Below, piece after piece: positions 9,564 through 19,272 of a DNA stretch of 64,000 bases (the stretch's first letter is position 1; the number at the start of each line of letters is the position of its first letter). The notes under the pieces are model-generated. The model saw only the letters and a program-made list of their open reading frames with translations, had not been told where the DNA came from and ran no database searches. The DNA comes from an uncultured delta proteobacterium. Its GTDB lineage: Bacteria; Desulfobacterota; Binatia; UBA9968. The stretch lies in the NCBI GenBank assembly GCA_963816145.1, contig CAWFJP010000030.1, forward strand, positions 352,001 to 416,000. The letters are read 5' to 3'. The translations under genes were made by a program, and so were the position numbers.

Positions 9564-10379
9564 GTGAGCGATCGCGACATCGAAGTGAAATTCACTGAAC
9601 TGCTCAATGTCATGACGCAACTGCGCAGCGACAACGGTTGCCCCTGGGACAGGGAGCAGACCCACCTCTCGCTCAAGCCCTGTTTGCTCGAAGAAACCTA
9701 TGAACTGCTCGAAGCGCTGGACGACGGCGGCGCGAAAAAGGTGAAAGAGGAGCTGGGCGACGTGCTGCTCCAGGTCGTCTTTCATTCGCAGATCGCCAGC
9801 GAAGAAAACCGTTTTACCATCAAGGACGTGATTGAAATTCTTATCGACAAGTTGGTGCGCCGGCATCCCTACGTCTTCGCCGGCGAACCGCTGCCGGAGG
9901 ATCCCGCCGCCGCGCTCAAACAGCGGGCGCAGCTCAAAGCCAATGAAAAGAAAGACGGCGAAAGCAGATCAGCGCTCGGCAACGTGCCCAAAGCGATGCC
10001 GGCGCTGGCGCGGGCGCAATCGATCTCGCGGCGCGCCGCCAGTTTGGGCTTCGAATGGCCGAGTATCGATCAGGTCTGGGCCAAGGTCGACGAAGAGATG
10101 CGCGAACTCAAACAAGCCGTCGCGTCCGGCGACAAAGTCCACACCGGCGAGGAGCTTGGCGACCTTCTCTTCACTATGGTCAATATCGCGCGTTTTCTCG
10201 ATGTCGAATCCGAGGCGGTCCTGGCGCAGACCATCGAACGATTTACTCGGCGGTTTCACCACATCGAAGCCAAGCTGCGCCAAGCCAACAAAGATTTCGC
10301 CCAATCGTCCATCGACGAAATGGACCGCTACTGGGACGAAGCGAAAAAACTCGAAGCCCAAGGGAAGCTCGCGAAATGA
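9564..10379 (+). CDS. mazG: Nucleoside triphosphate pyrophosphohydrolase MazG
   Basis: CPWDREQT, EETYE, two EELGD motifs, tandem MazG domains. Confidence 0.93.
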   Translation: MSDRDIEVKFTELLNVMTQLRSDNGCPWDREQTHLSLKPCLLEETYELLEALDDGGAKKVKEELGDVLLQVVFHSQIASEENRFTIKDVIEILIDKLVRRHPYVFAGEPLPEDPAAALKQRAQLKANEKKDGESRSALGNVPKAMPALARAQSISRRAASLGFEWPSIDQVWAKVDEEMRELKQAVASGDKVHTGEELGDLLFTMVNIARFLDVESEAVLAQTIERFTRRFHHIEAKLRQANKDFAQSSIDEMDRYWDEAKKLEAQGKLAK

Positions 10380-11353
10380 GCAAGCCGCAAGCAAGCATTG
10401 TTTTTCTCGACGCCGCCACCTACGGCGACATGCCGCTAACGGCATTCACCGAGACTTGGCACTGCAAGGTGCATCAAGTGACAAACGCCGCACAAACTGG
10501 TGAGCGACTAGCGGGGCACGCCATCGCCGTCACTAACAAAGTCGTCATTGACGAAGCGATATTGAATTCCACCGCCGTCCGCGAGCTGAAGCTTATCGCC
10601 GTGGCCGCCACCGGCACCGACGTCATCGACAAAGGAGCCGCAAGCAAACGCGGCGTCAAAGTCTGCAATGTGCCGGGCTACGCCAGCCAATCGGTGGCCC
10701 AATTTACCATGGCGCTGATCTTGGAGCTGGCCAGCCGCGCCAACAGCTATGCCGCCGCCGTGAAAGCCGGTGAATGGCAGAAGAGTCCGATTTTCGCTCT
10801 CCTAACATTTCCGAACATGGAACTCGCCGGCAAGAAACTTGGCATCATTGGTTTCGGCAACATTGGCAAGACGGTGGCGCAGATGGCGCGCGGCTTCGGC
10901 ATGGAGATCCTCATCGGCGCTCGCCCCGGAGAGCTGACACCCGGAGCAGATCGAGTCCCCTTGGCAGAGCTATTTCGCCAAGCCGATTTCATTTCGCTGC
11001 ACTGCCCGCTGACCGCCGAGACGAGAAATTTGATCAACGGCCAACCTTTGGCGTCGATGAAACCGAGCGCATTTCTAATCAATACCGCCCGCGGCGCTCT
11101 GATCGACGAGCCGGCGCTGATTGAAGCGCTAAGCAACAAGCGCATCGCCGGCGCCGCCCTCGATGTGATCACGCAAGAGCCGCCGGCCGCCGATCACCCG
11201 ATCATCCGCGCCGCCTCCGAGTTGGACAGTCTCATCGTCACGCCGCACACCGCCTGGTCGGCGCGCGAAGCGCGCGAGCGGCTGTTAGTGGAAGTCAAAA
11301 CCAACATTGAAGCATTTCTGCGCGGCGAGCCGCGAAATCTTGTGGCGCAATAG
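10376..11353 (+). CDS. D-2-hydroxyacid dehydrogenase (glycerate dehydrogenase/HprA-like)
   Basis: ATG overlaps mazG stop (ATGA); GIIGFGNIG, INTARG, TPHTAW. Confidence 0.9.
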   Translation: MSKPQASIVFLDAATYGDMPLTAFTETWHCKVHQVTNAAQTGERLAGHAIAVTNKVVIDEAILNSTAVRELKLIAVAATGTDVIDKGAASKRGVKVCNVPGYASQSVAQFTMALILELASRANSYAAAVKAGEWQKSPIFALLTFPNMELAGKKLGIIGFGNIGKTVAQMARGFGMEILIGARPGELTPGADRVPLAELFRQADFISLHCPLTAETRNLINGQPLASMKPSAFLINTARGALIDEPALIEALSNKRIAGAALDVITQEPPAADHPIIRAASELDSLIVTPHTAWSAREARERLLVEVKTNIEAFLRGEPRNLVAQ

Positions 11354-11451
11354 AACTCTTTGTGACAGGCCGGTCTCGGCTCCATACACGCGCTTCCAAT
11401 AGATGAGCGCGGCGAGACAAGCCGGTTTTTCTCCGCGCAGCCGTATTCACG

Positions 11452-12492
11452 TTACATCCTTCGGGTATGGTGCCGGCTTGCCGCCGGCGCATCAACGTCG
11501 ACCTTGACGTCGGGCGGCGAGTTGCGTGACAAAGTCTTGAGTAGCCAGGGTCTAACGATCAGGGTGAAACCTTTCGGCGCTGCGCGAGCCGACATCGATA
11601 AGCCGATCCCGCCAAGAATCGCCGTAGCGGCGATCAACGAGCGTGCCGTGGCCTCTTCCGACAAGAATGCGACTCCGCCGAACGCGGCGATCACCGGGAC
11701 GGAAAGCTGCAAAGTGGCCGCACGGGTCGCGGTCAGCCGGTCAAGTACCGTATACCAAATGACATAGCCCAGAGCCGAAGTGATTGTGCCGGAAAGAACC
11801 GCCCAGATGACACCGACGGGCGAGGCCGTCAGCAGCGGCAATTGGACCAGCGCCAAAACCAGGACCAACGGCACCGCCCGCAAAAAGTTATCCGCGGTTG
11901 TTTGAACTGGATCGCCCACGCCGCGGCCAAGAAGTGAATAGGCGCCCCAGGCGATCCCCGCCGCCGCCATGAGCATCGAGCCAGCGAATGACGGCGCGGC
12001 GATCCCCGGAAAAATCAGATAGACCAGTCCTGTCATCGCCACGAACCACCCCAACCATTCTAACGGCGAAGGTTTCTCGCCCGCTCGGAGGGCGGATCCG
12101 ATCATGGTCAGCTGCACCGCGGCGAAGAGGATCAACGCTCCGGTGCCGGCACTCAGGCTGCGATAGGCGTACGCAAAGGCTGCCGCGTAGAGAAATAGCA
12201 GGGCCCCGGCACCCCAGCTTCCACTCGATCTCGTGGGCGATAGGCGACTACCGAGAAATCTCCCGATCAGCCGCAACATCAGAGCACCCGAAACCAACCG
12301 CACCGCCGTATAGCTCGCCGGATCGATGGCCGCCGAGCCAAGAGCGAGCCGGCACAGAATTGAATTTCCGGCAAACGCCGTCAGCGCGATTGCGGTCAGC
12401 GCTACGGTGCAAACGGCACGACTGGTTTTCCTGCTCGGCAAAACCATCGACTGGGTGGAAAATTTTTCAGCCATGACCGTCTTATCGCACAT
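11452..12492 (-). CDS. DMT/EamA family transporter
   Basis: About ten hydrophobic segments, AFAGNSILCRLAL, GYVIWY; true start probably downstream of 12492. Confidence 0.85.
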   Translation of the reverse strand: MCDKTVMAEKFSTQSMVLPSRKTSRAVCTVALTAIALTAFAGNSILCRLALGSAAIDPASYTAVRLVSGALMLRLIGRFLGSRLSPTRSSGSWGAGALLFLYAAAFAYAYRSLSAGTGALILFAAVQLTMIGSALRAGEKPSPLEWLGWFVAMTGLVYLIFPGIAAPSFAGSMLMAAAGIAWGAYSLLGRGVGDPVQTTADNFLRAVPLVLVLALVQLPLLTASPVGVIWAVLSGTITSALGYVIWYTVLDRLTATRAATLQLSVPVIAAFGGVAFLSEEATARSLIAATAILGGIGLSMSARAAPKGFTLIVRPWLLKTLSRNSPPDVKVDVDAPAASRHHTRRM

Positions 12493-12502
12493 TGGGAGCC
12501 GA

Positions 12503-12916
12503 TCAAAAATACTGACAGTGATCGGCTTTGATCGCCTTTTCGTTCAAAAACCACGACGAATCGACGATACCCGCCGCTTCGGGAATGAGGCCCGCCTCGT
12601 CGACAGCGAAAGTCGCCGCCGCCAGCCGGCAAGCGTAAAGCGCGACATTTCCGGTGCCGGCCAGAAGTTTCAAGAAATCGTAGATACCCGAAATCCCTTC
12701 TTCGGCCATGCTCCGGCGCAGCCATAGGTCGTCAGACTCGTGACGCGGATCGATCGTAAGCGCTGCGGCGCCCTTTTCGGTCAGCGCGCGCACCGCCCAG
12801 AGCACGAAGAGAATATCGACCTGAACTCCCTCGCGCGCCTGCAAGTAGGCAAAGGTCAACGGGGTCAATAGCTTGTCGAAAGCGTCGTCGCGAATCACAA
12901 TAGCCAGCCGTTGCAT
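12503..12916 (-). CDS. DsrE/DsrF-like family protein
   Basis: Compact alpha/beta protein with [11 protein letters not shown] and LYAC motif typical of DsrE_2/peroxiredoxin-like proteins. Confidence 0.7.
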   Translation of the reverse strand: MQRLAIVIRDDAFDKLLTPLTFAYLQAREGVQVDILFVLWAVRALTEKGAAALTIDPRHESDDLWLRRSMAEEGISGIYDFLKLLAGTGNVALYACRLAAATFAVDEAGLIPEAAGIVDSSWFLNEKAIKADHCQYF

Positions 12917-13019
12917 GATCCATCCTCACGCTGACGGGCGGTGAATCCTATCGCATGTCCAACTGGCCCACCGCCCGCAGTACAGCTTCCTGCAAAACGT
13001 CACTTGTCATGTAGAAATG

Positions 13020-13045
13020 CGACGGCCGCAGCCTCGCGGCCGTCG
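13020..13045 (-). terminator. GC-rich hairpin after di-iron protein gene
   Basis: cgacggccgc-agcctc-gcggccgtcg, 10-bp stem, weak U-tract. Confidence 0.45.
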
Positions 13046-13055
13046 CTTATCACCC

Positions 13056-13967
13056 TCAGCTGAACGCCTTTGCCATGGCCTCGATCTGCTCTTTCGCCTC
13101 AGGCTTGATCTGTTCCACCGTGGCGAGAAAGTTCGGATGGGTCATACCTGTGCCGAGATAGGTCCAGCGCATCCCTTTCAACACAGTCTCGCACATCTCC
13201 TGACGCTCATGGTTTGCAAGCTTGCGCCCGCTCGCCCGATCGAAGGCGGCAACATCGAACTCCGACTGCTGCTGGAGACCTTGGTCGATGAAGGCGCCAA
13301 TCTTGCCGTACTCCTCGAACGCCAGGTCGATTTCATCCGGCGTCGCCGTGGCCGCCATTTCCTCGACGATCAAAGTATCGATCTTGGTGTGCTGCGACTC
13401 CTCCAACCAGTGATGCTTCAACAGGCTCTTGAACTGCGAATCGAGCTCTTGGTTATCGCGTACGCTGTCGATGTAGTGCCGCAGCGTGATCCACTCGATA
13501 TGCAGGACCGCTATTCCGACGCCCAGCGGACTGTGCGATAGCACGAAGCGTTTGACGTCTTCCGCTGGACCGATGAACTCACACTGGCTGCCAAAGCCCG
13601 CGGCAAAGTCGTTGCGGAACTGTTTGAACAGATGAATATGTTTGGCCTCTTCACCGGCGAATTTGAGCAGCGCGCGAGTGCGAAAGTCGTCGCCGCTCAA
13701 CTGCGCCCTTGCGTGGTCGACGGCGAATGGCAAAATGAACTCTTCGACCAGACCGAACATGGCGAGATATTCGTGGCCGCGGATTTGGTTCAAGAGCCGT
13801 TTCTCCTCAGCGGATAGAAATCCCAGCCCATCCACCTGCGCCAACGATTCCGGCATGAACGGCTTGGCAAAATCCAACCGCTTGTCGCCGCCGATGAGAT
13901 CCTCGATGCGCCAGTTGATCCGTTCCGATGTTTCCAAGGCGTCCTGATAACTGTAGTGATTCTTCAT
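13056..13967 (-). CDS. Ferritin-like di-iron oxygenase (AurF-like)
   Basis: E...EEAKH...E...EESQH, two ExxH motifs with helical-bundle spacing. Confidence 0.78.
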   Translation of the reverse strand: MKNHYSYQDALETSERINWRIEDLIGGDKRLDFAKPFMPESLAQVDGLGFLSAEEKRLLNQIRGHEYLAMFGLVEEFILPFAVDHARAQLSGDDFRTRALLKFAGEEAKHIHLFKQFRNDFAAGFGSQCEFIGPAEDVKRFVLSHSPLGVGIAVLHIEWITLRHYIDSVRDNQELDSQFKSLLKHHWLEESQHTKIDTLIVEEMAATATPDEIDLAFEEYGKIGAFIDQGLQQQSEFDVAAFDRASGRKLANHERQEMCETVLKGMRWTYLGTGMTHPNFLATVEQIKPEAKEQIEAMAKAFS

Positions 13968-14020
13968 GACCCTTCCTCCGTAATTTTTTTTTCCGGCTCC
14001 GCGCCGTTACCATGGATCGA

Positions 14021-14038
14021 TTGCGCAAACCATGCCAA
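14021..14038 (-). promoter_or_regulatory. Putative sigma54 -24/-12 promoter for the di-iron gene
   Basis: Minus strand TTGGCATGGTTTGCGCAA = GG-N10-GC, about 55 nt upstream of the ATG. Confidence 0.6.
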
Positions 14039-14108
14039 CGCCGTGTTGTAACCAAATAGTTTTAGAAATCAGGAGCTTAAGAAGTTAATTCAGGGATGAA
14101 CAGACGAT

Positions 14109-14133
14109 GAGATTTCGTTACTAACGAAATCTC
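14109..14133. promoter_or_regulatory. Putative enhancer (UAS) for the adjacent bEBP
   Basis: Perfect 12-bp inverted repeat GAGATTTCGTTA-C-TAACGAAATCTC about 70-95 bp upstream of the sigma54 motif. Confidence 0.55.
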
Positions 14134-14166
14134 GTCAGGGCGGAAAATGATTTCTCGTGAGTGTGA

Positions 14167-16092
14167 TTAGCGTTTGCGCTCGATGCCGAGCGCTTTCATG
14201 CGCGAGCTGAGCGTCGTCGGCTTGATGCCAAGCAGGGTCGCCGCGCCGTTGGCGCCGGCGACTTTCCAATCGCTCGCTTCCAGGGCGACGACGATATTTC
14301 CCCGCTCCAAGTCTTCGAGCTCTTTTGCGGTGAGCACGCGCTTGGCAGCGGCTTCGCCTCCGGCCGCGGCCGCGGCGATCACGCCGATGCTTTCCGGCAG
14401 CGCCCGGTCAAGATTGAGTTTGCCATCACGGGCTGTGATCACGGCGCGTTCGATGATATTTTGCAGCTCGCGGACGTTACCGGGCCAGCGATAGGCTTCA
14501 AGGCGGCGGATACAATCCGCCGAGAGCGGTTCGATCGTCCGCCCCAGGCTCTTGGCGAATTTTTTCACGAAGGCCCCGGCCAGAGCGCCGATATCGCCGC
14601 GCCGTTCGCGCAGCGGCGGCAGCTCAATGGGAAAAACATTCAAGCGGTAATAAAGATCTTCGCGGAATTTACCCTCGCCGATGGCGCGTTGGAGGTCTCG
14701 ATTGGTGGCGGCCAAGACGCGCACATCGACCTTTCGGGTCTGCGAACTGCCGACCGGCTCGAACTCACCTTCTTGCAAGACCCGCAGCAGTTTACTCTGC
14801 AAGTCCAAAGGCAGCTCGCCCACTTCGTCGAGAAAGATCGTGCCGCCATGGGCCATGGCGAAGCGGCCATCGCGCTTCTTAGTGGCGCCTGTAAAGGCGC
14901 CCGCTTCATGGCCGAACAGTTCGCTCTCTATCAATGTCGCCGGAATCGCCGCGCAATTAACTTTGATGAGCGGCTTGTTGTGGCGTCGGCTGGTGCGGTG
15001 GATGGATCGCGCGATCACTTCTTTTCCCGTGCCGGTTTCACCGAGAATTAAGACCGTCGCATCGGTGGCCGCAACCTCTTGCGCGTCATTCAAGACTTTT
15101 AACCAAGTCGAGCTCTGGCCGACAACGCCATCGGCACCCACCAGCGTTTTGATTTCTTCGCGCAAATATTCGGTCTCGACGGTGAGGGAATGTATCTTGT
15201 TCTCCGCTTCGATGCGCTCATTCACATTGCGCAGAATGAACGTGTAAAAAGGTTCCCGCTCGACATCAAAGCGCGCCAGGGTCGCTTCGGCTTGAAAGGG
15301 TGCGCCATTGCGAGCGATAGCGTTAAAACCACCCGGAACCCACAACGACCGCTGACCCTCCGGCCGGGTATCGAGATCGACGATCAAACGGGCGAGTTTT
15401 TCGCGTGCGTCGGGCACGAGAAAATGGCTGAAGGATTGCCCGATAACCGCGGCAGCGCTGCAGCCGAAAACTCGTTCCGCCGCCGGATTCATCTGCGTGA
15501 CCGCCAAATAGCGATCGATCTCAACGATCGCGTCCATGGCATTGCCGACAAGCCGGCCCAGCTTTTGTTCGCGCTCGCGCACCTGAGTCTCAGCCCGCAA
15601 ACGGCGCAATTCGGCGGCTGCCCTGGCGGCGAAGATCTGGAATAAAGCCTGCGTCCTCGGCTCAGCCGGCATGGGCCGCTTGTCGAGGACTGCGAGATGT
15701 CCGAGAATTTTGCCATCCAAGTCCAAGAGCGGCATGCCCATATAACTCGCCGCTCCGACTGCTTTGACATCGGGGTCGTCCCAATAAATGTTCAGCAAAT
15801 TGTCCGGGATATGAATCAAACAACGCTGATCGATGACTCGTTCGCAGGGAGTTCCGTCGACGATCATCTCCCAGCCATCGAGCCACTGATCACCCATCCA
15901 GAAAGCCAGCGCCTTGAGCCGGCGCGATTCGGGGAAGTATTCCGTCACCCAGGCGCCGTGAGTACCGAGCGCCTCGGCAAGATTTTTCACCAACGCCCGA
16001 AAAAACTCGGCGCCGGTTTCAGTTGCGGTTCCTTCCAAGATCGTGCGCAGGGCGGCATCGACGTCGATCTTTTGCAGCGGCGAACGTTCCAT
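14167..16092 (-). CDS. Sigma54-dependent activator with GAF and PAS domains (FhlA-like)
   Basis: [50 protein letters not shown]. Confidence 0.92.
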   Translation of the reverse strand: MERSPLQKIDVDAALRTILEGTATETGAEFFRALVKNLAEALGTHGAWVTEYFPESRRLKALAFWMGDQWLDGWEMIVDGTPCERVIDQRCLIHIPDNLLNIYWDDPDVKAVGAASYMGMPLLDLDGKILGHLAVLDKRPMPAEPRTQALFQIFAARAAAELRRLRAETQVREREQKLGRLVGNAMDAIVEIDRYLAVTQMNPAAERVFGCSAAAVIGQSFSHFLVPDAREKLARLIVDLDTRPEGQRSLWVPGGFNAIARNGAPFQAEATLARFDVEREPFYTFILRNVNERIEAENKIHSLTVETEYLREEIKTLVGADGVVGQSSTWLKVLNDAQEVAATDATVLILGETGTGKEVIARSIHRTSRRHNKPLIKVNCAAIPATLIESELFGHEAGAFTGATKKRDGRFAMAHGGTIFLDEVGELPLDLQSKLLRVLQEGEFEPVGSSQTRKVDVRVLAATNRDLQRAIGEGKFREDLYYRLNVFPIELPPLRERRGDIGALAGAFVKKFAKSLGRTIEPLSADCIRRLEAYRWPGNVRELQNIIERAVITARDGKLNLDRALPESIGVIAAAAAGGEAAAKRVLTAKELEDLERGNIVVALEASDWKVAGANGAATLLGIKPTTLSSRMKALGIERKR

Positions 16093-16197
16093 TACGCACC
16101 TTGAAGCAAGGTAGCTAGAGTTCTAAACCGGATTGTTAAAAATACTAACCGCGGGCGCAAACGCGGCCATGATGACACATTGGCGGCGATGATACGC

Positions 16198-16635
16198 TCA
16201 GAACGGAATATCGTCGTCCACCGGCGGCTGGCCGCCGCCCATGCCACCCATCGCCATGTCGTCGACGCCGCCGGTATCCATACCTTGTTGCGGCAACCGA
16301 GTGCCACCGCCACCGCCAAGGAATTGAATGCGTTGGGCAACGATCTCGGTGATGTAACGCTTGTTACCGCTCTTGTCGTCGTAGCTCCGTGTGCGGATGC
16401 TGCCTTCGATATAGACTTGGCGGCCCTTCGACAGGTACTGGCCGCAATGCTCGGCTTGCTTGCCCCAGACCACGATGTTGTGCCATTCGGTGCGCTCCTG
16501 CTTCTTGCCGTCGCGATCGTTCCACTGCTCGGAAGTGGCGATGGAGAAATTTGCCACAGCACTGCCCGTCTGGGTGTAACGCACCTCGGGATCCTTGCCG
16601 AGATTGCCGACCAGAATGACTTTATTAACGGACAT
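16198..16635 (-). CDS. ssb: Single-stranded DNA-binding protein
   Basis: [17 protein letters not shown]...DDDIPF. Confidence 0.97.
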   Translation of the reverse strand: MSVNKVILVGNLGKDPEVRYTQTGSAVANFSIATSEQWNDRDGKKQERTEWHNIVVWGKQAEHCGQYLSKGRQVYIEGSIRTRSYDDKSGNKRYITEIVAQRIQFLGGGGGTRLPQQGMDTGGVDDMAMGGMGGGQPPVDDDIPF

Positions 16636-16826
16636 GCTTCCTCCCGAACTCCAGAAAAAACCTTGAGGCGGAAAAGTGCCCTCAACTTAACCCTGGCCAT
16701 CGGGAGAGTCAACTCAATTGAGCTGAACTTCGGAAAACTTCCTAACATTGATTTTTGGCCAAGGCTTCTCTACAATTAGTTACTTATTTCCAATGAGTTC
16801 GACAGTTCAAATTTAGCTTTGTCTTG

Positions 16827-17597
16827 ATGTTTTACGCAGTTAAATTAGCAGTCGTCATCGCGGTCACTATGCTGCTTTCGCTGGTGATCGTTCTATGCGG
16901 ACTGTTCGATACCCAAGGCAAGCGGGTTTATCGCATCAATCAATTTTGGACTTGGTTGATTATCAAATTCAGCGGCATCACGATGACCGTAGACGGTCTG
17001 AATCGCTTAGACCCACAGCGCCAGTATCTTTTTATCGTCAATCACCAAAGCAACTTCGACATTCCAGTGCTGGTTCAAGCGTTGCCGCAGTTCCAGCTAC
17101 GCTGGATCGCCAAGAAACAACTCCTTTGGATACCTTTCTTCGGTTGGGCGATGTGGGCGGCCAAACATATTTTCGTGGACCGGGCGGATTCGTTGGACGC
17201 GCTGAAAAGTTTGAAGCTCGCCAAGCAGCGCATCGCGGCGGGAATCTCGGTTGTGGTATTCCCGGAAGGCACCCGTAGTCCGGATGGCAAATTGTTGCCA
17301 TTCAAACGTGGCGGCTTTCTCCTGGCGCTGAAAACCAAGACGCCGATTGTGCCGGTGACTATCAACGGTACGGGTAAGCTCCTTGCCAAAGGCGAATGGC
17401 GCGTCCGGCCCGGGGCAATTAGGGTCACTATCGGCGCACCGATCATGGCGGAAGAATTTCGCCCAAGAGGGCTGCGCGGCTTGAGCGCACAGGTTCAAGA
17501 AATCATCGCAGCTAATCTGCAAACCACTGAGCCATTTGCCAGAAACCAAGACAACATGACCAGAGCGACCATCGCGGCGCCAGGGAGAACCGTCTAA
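16827..17597 (+). CDS. plsC: 1-acyl-sn-glycerol-3-phosphate acyltransferase
   Basis: NHQSNFD and FPEGTRS motifs. Confidence 0.88.
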   Translation: MFYAVKLAVVIAVTMLLSLVIVLCGLFDTQGKRVYRINQFWTWLIIKFSGITMTVDGLNRLDPQRQYLFIVNHQSNFDIPVLVQALPQFQLRWIAKKQLLWIPFFGWAMWAAKHIFVDRADSLDALKSLKLAKQRIAAGISVVVFPEGTRSPDGKLLPFKRGGFLLALKTKTPIVPVTINGTGKLLAKGEWRVRPGAIRVTIGAPIMAEEFRPRGLRGLSAQVQEIIAANLQTTEPFARNQDNMTRATIAAPGRTV

Positions 17598-17604
17598 CCC
17601 ATTC

Positions 17605-19260
17605 ATGGAACCATTGAAGATCATACCGCTCGGCGGCCTCGGCGAGTTCGGCTTGAACATGATGCTGATCGAGTATGGCGACGACGCCATAGCCGTGGAT
17701 TGCGGTCTCATGTTCCCCGACGCCCATTTGTTGGGCATCGACTTGGTGATCCCCGACGTCAGCTATTTGCTGGAAGAGAAGAGCAAGCTCAAGGCAATTG
17801 TGCTGACCCACGCGCACGAGGATCATGTCGGCGCCCTGCCCTTCGTCTTAAAGCATTTCGATGTGCCGATCTACGGCACCAAGCTAACGTTGGGCCTATT
17901 GGCGAACAAATTGAAAGAGCATGATCTCGAAGACAGCGCCGAGATCCATGAGATCACCGCCGGCGCACCCTGGCAGATCGGTCCATTCACCGTCGAAGGC
18001 ATCAGGGTTACGCACAGCTTGATGGACTGCCTCGCCTTGGCGGTCGAGACGCCGCTCGGGACGGTGATCCACACTGGCGATTTCAAGATCGACAACACGC
18101 CGATGGATGGCGAGATGTTCGACTTCCAACGCTTTGCCGCTTACGGCGAAAAGGGCGTGCTGCTGCTTATGTCGGACTCGACCAACGTCGAACGGCGCGG
18201 CCACACGCCTTCCGAGCGCGAAGTCGGGACGAATTTGGAACAGATCATCTTCAAAAGCACCGGCAAAGTCTTGGTTTCGACTTTCTCGTCAAGCATCCCG
18301 CGCATCCAGCAGGTCGTCGAAATTGCCGAGCGCTGCGACCGGCGCGTCGTGCTCAGCGGCCGCAGTATGATTCGTAACTGTGAAGTTGCCGCCGACCTGG
18401 GCTATTTGCGCTTGCCGCGCAGTTTCATGACCGACGGCGACCGCTGGCAAGGCTTGGCGCCCGACCGCCTGATGTTTCTCACCACCGGCAGTCAGGGCGA
18501 GCCCATGTCGGTCCTGCACCGGGTCGCCTTGGACGATCACAAGACACTCAAAGTCGAAAGTGGCGACACAGTGATTCTCTCGTCGAAGTTTATTCCCGGC
18601 AACGAGAAGGTTATTTCGAACCTGATCAATCACCTCTACCGCCGCGGCGCCGAGGTCCATTACGAAAAGGTCTCGGAGATTCATGTCTCTGGCCACGCCA
18701 GTCAGGAAGAGCTGAAAACCATGTTGCAGCTCACCCGGCCGCGTTACTTCGTGCCGATCCACGGCGAATATCGTCATTTGGTGCGCCACCGGCGGCTCGC
18801 TCAAGAGGTCGGCATCCCTGAAGAGAATTGTTTTCTCCTCGACGATGGCGATGTCCTCGAGTTGACTTCCCGCGGTGCCGAGAAGGTCAAGCCGATTCAA
18901 GTCGGCCGCGTCTTCGTCGACGGCAAAGGCGTCGGCGACGTCGGTGATGTGGTCATCCGTGACCGGCGTCATCTTTCCGAAGACGGCATGGTCCTGGCCG
19001 TCATGGCGATCCATCAGCAATCCGGCGAACTGGTCGCTGGCCCGGACCTGATTTCACGCGGTTTCATGCTCGCAGAAGAAAGCGAAGAAGTCATGGAGAG
19101 CGCGAAACAGGCCGTGCTGGCCGCGCTCGCCGACATGAACCGCGAGACTCGCACCGACCCGGAAGAGCTCAAAGAAGAAGTGCGCCGAGTGTTGCGGCGA
19201 TTTTTCCGCAAGAAACTTGAGCGCCGTCCCGTGGTGCTGCCCTACATCATCGAAACCTAA
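17605..19260 (+). CDS. rnj: Ribonuclease J
   Basis: PLGGLGE, THAHEDH, TGSQGEP, HVSGH. Confidence 0.95.
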   Translation: MEPLKIIPLGGLGEFGLNMMLIEYGDDAIAVDCGLMFPDAHLLGIDLVIPDVSYLLEEKSKLKAIVLTHAHEDHVGALPFVLKHFDVPIYGTKLTLGLLANKLKEHDLEDSAEIHEITAGAPWQIGPFTVEGIRVTHSLMDCLALAVETPLGTVIHTGDFKIDNTPMDGEMFDFQRFAAYGEKGVLLLMSDSTNVERRGHTPSEREVGTNLEQIIFKSTGKVLVSTFSSSIPRIQQVVEIAERCDRRVVLSGRSMIRNCEVAADLGYLRLPRSFMTDGDRWQGLAPDRLMFLTTGSQGEPMSVLHRVALDDHKTLKVESGDTVILSSKFIPGNEKVISNLINHLYRRGAEVHYEKVSEIHVSGHASQEELKTMLQLTRPRYFVPIHGEYRHLVRHRRLAQEVGIPEENCFLLDDGDVLELTSRGAEKVKPIQVGRVFVDGKGVGDVGDVVIRDRRHLSEDGMVLAVMAIHQQSGELVAGPDLISRGFMLAEESEEVMESAKQAVLAALADMNRETRTDPEELKEEVRRVLRRFFRKKLERRPVVLPYIIET

Positions 19261-19272
19261 GGGAAGCGAATT

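Noticed and set aside
10055-10375. Long N-terminal extensions of ORFs (also 22063, 34362, 37228, 61919)
   Set aside because: Extensions overlap upstream genes; internal ATGs with stop/start coupling or domain boundaries are better starts.
16092-16748. 218-aa ORF overlapping ssb on the same strand
   Set aside because: Alternative frame of ssb with no recognisable features.
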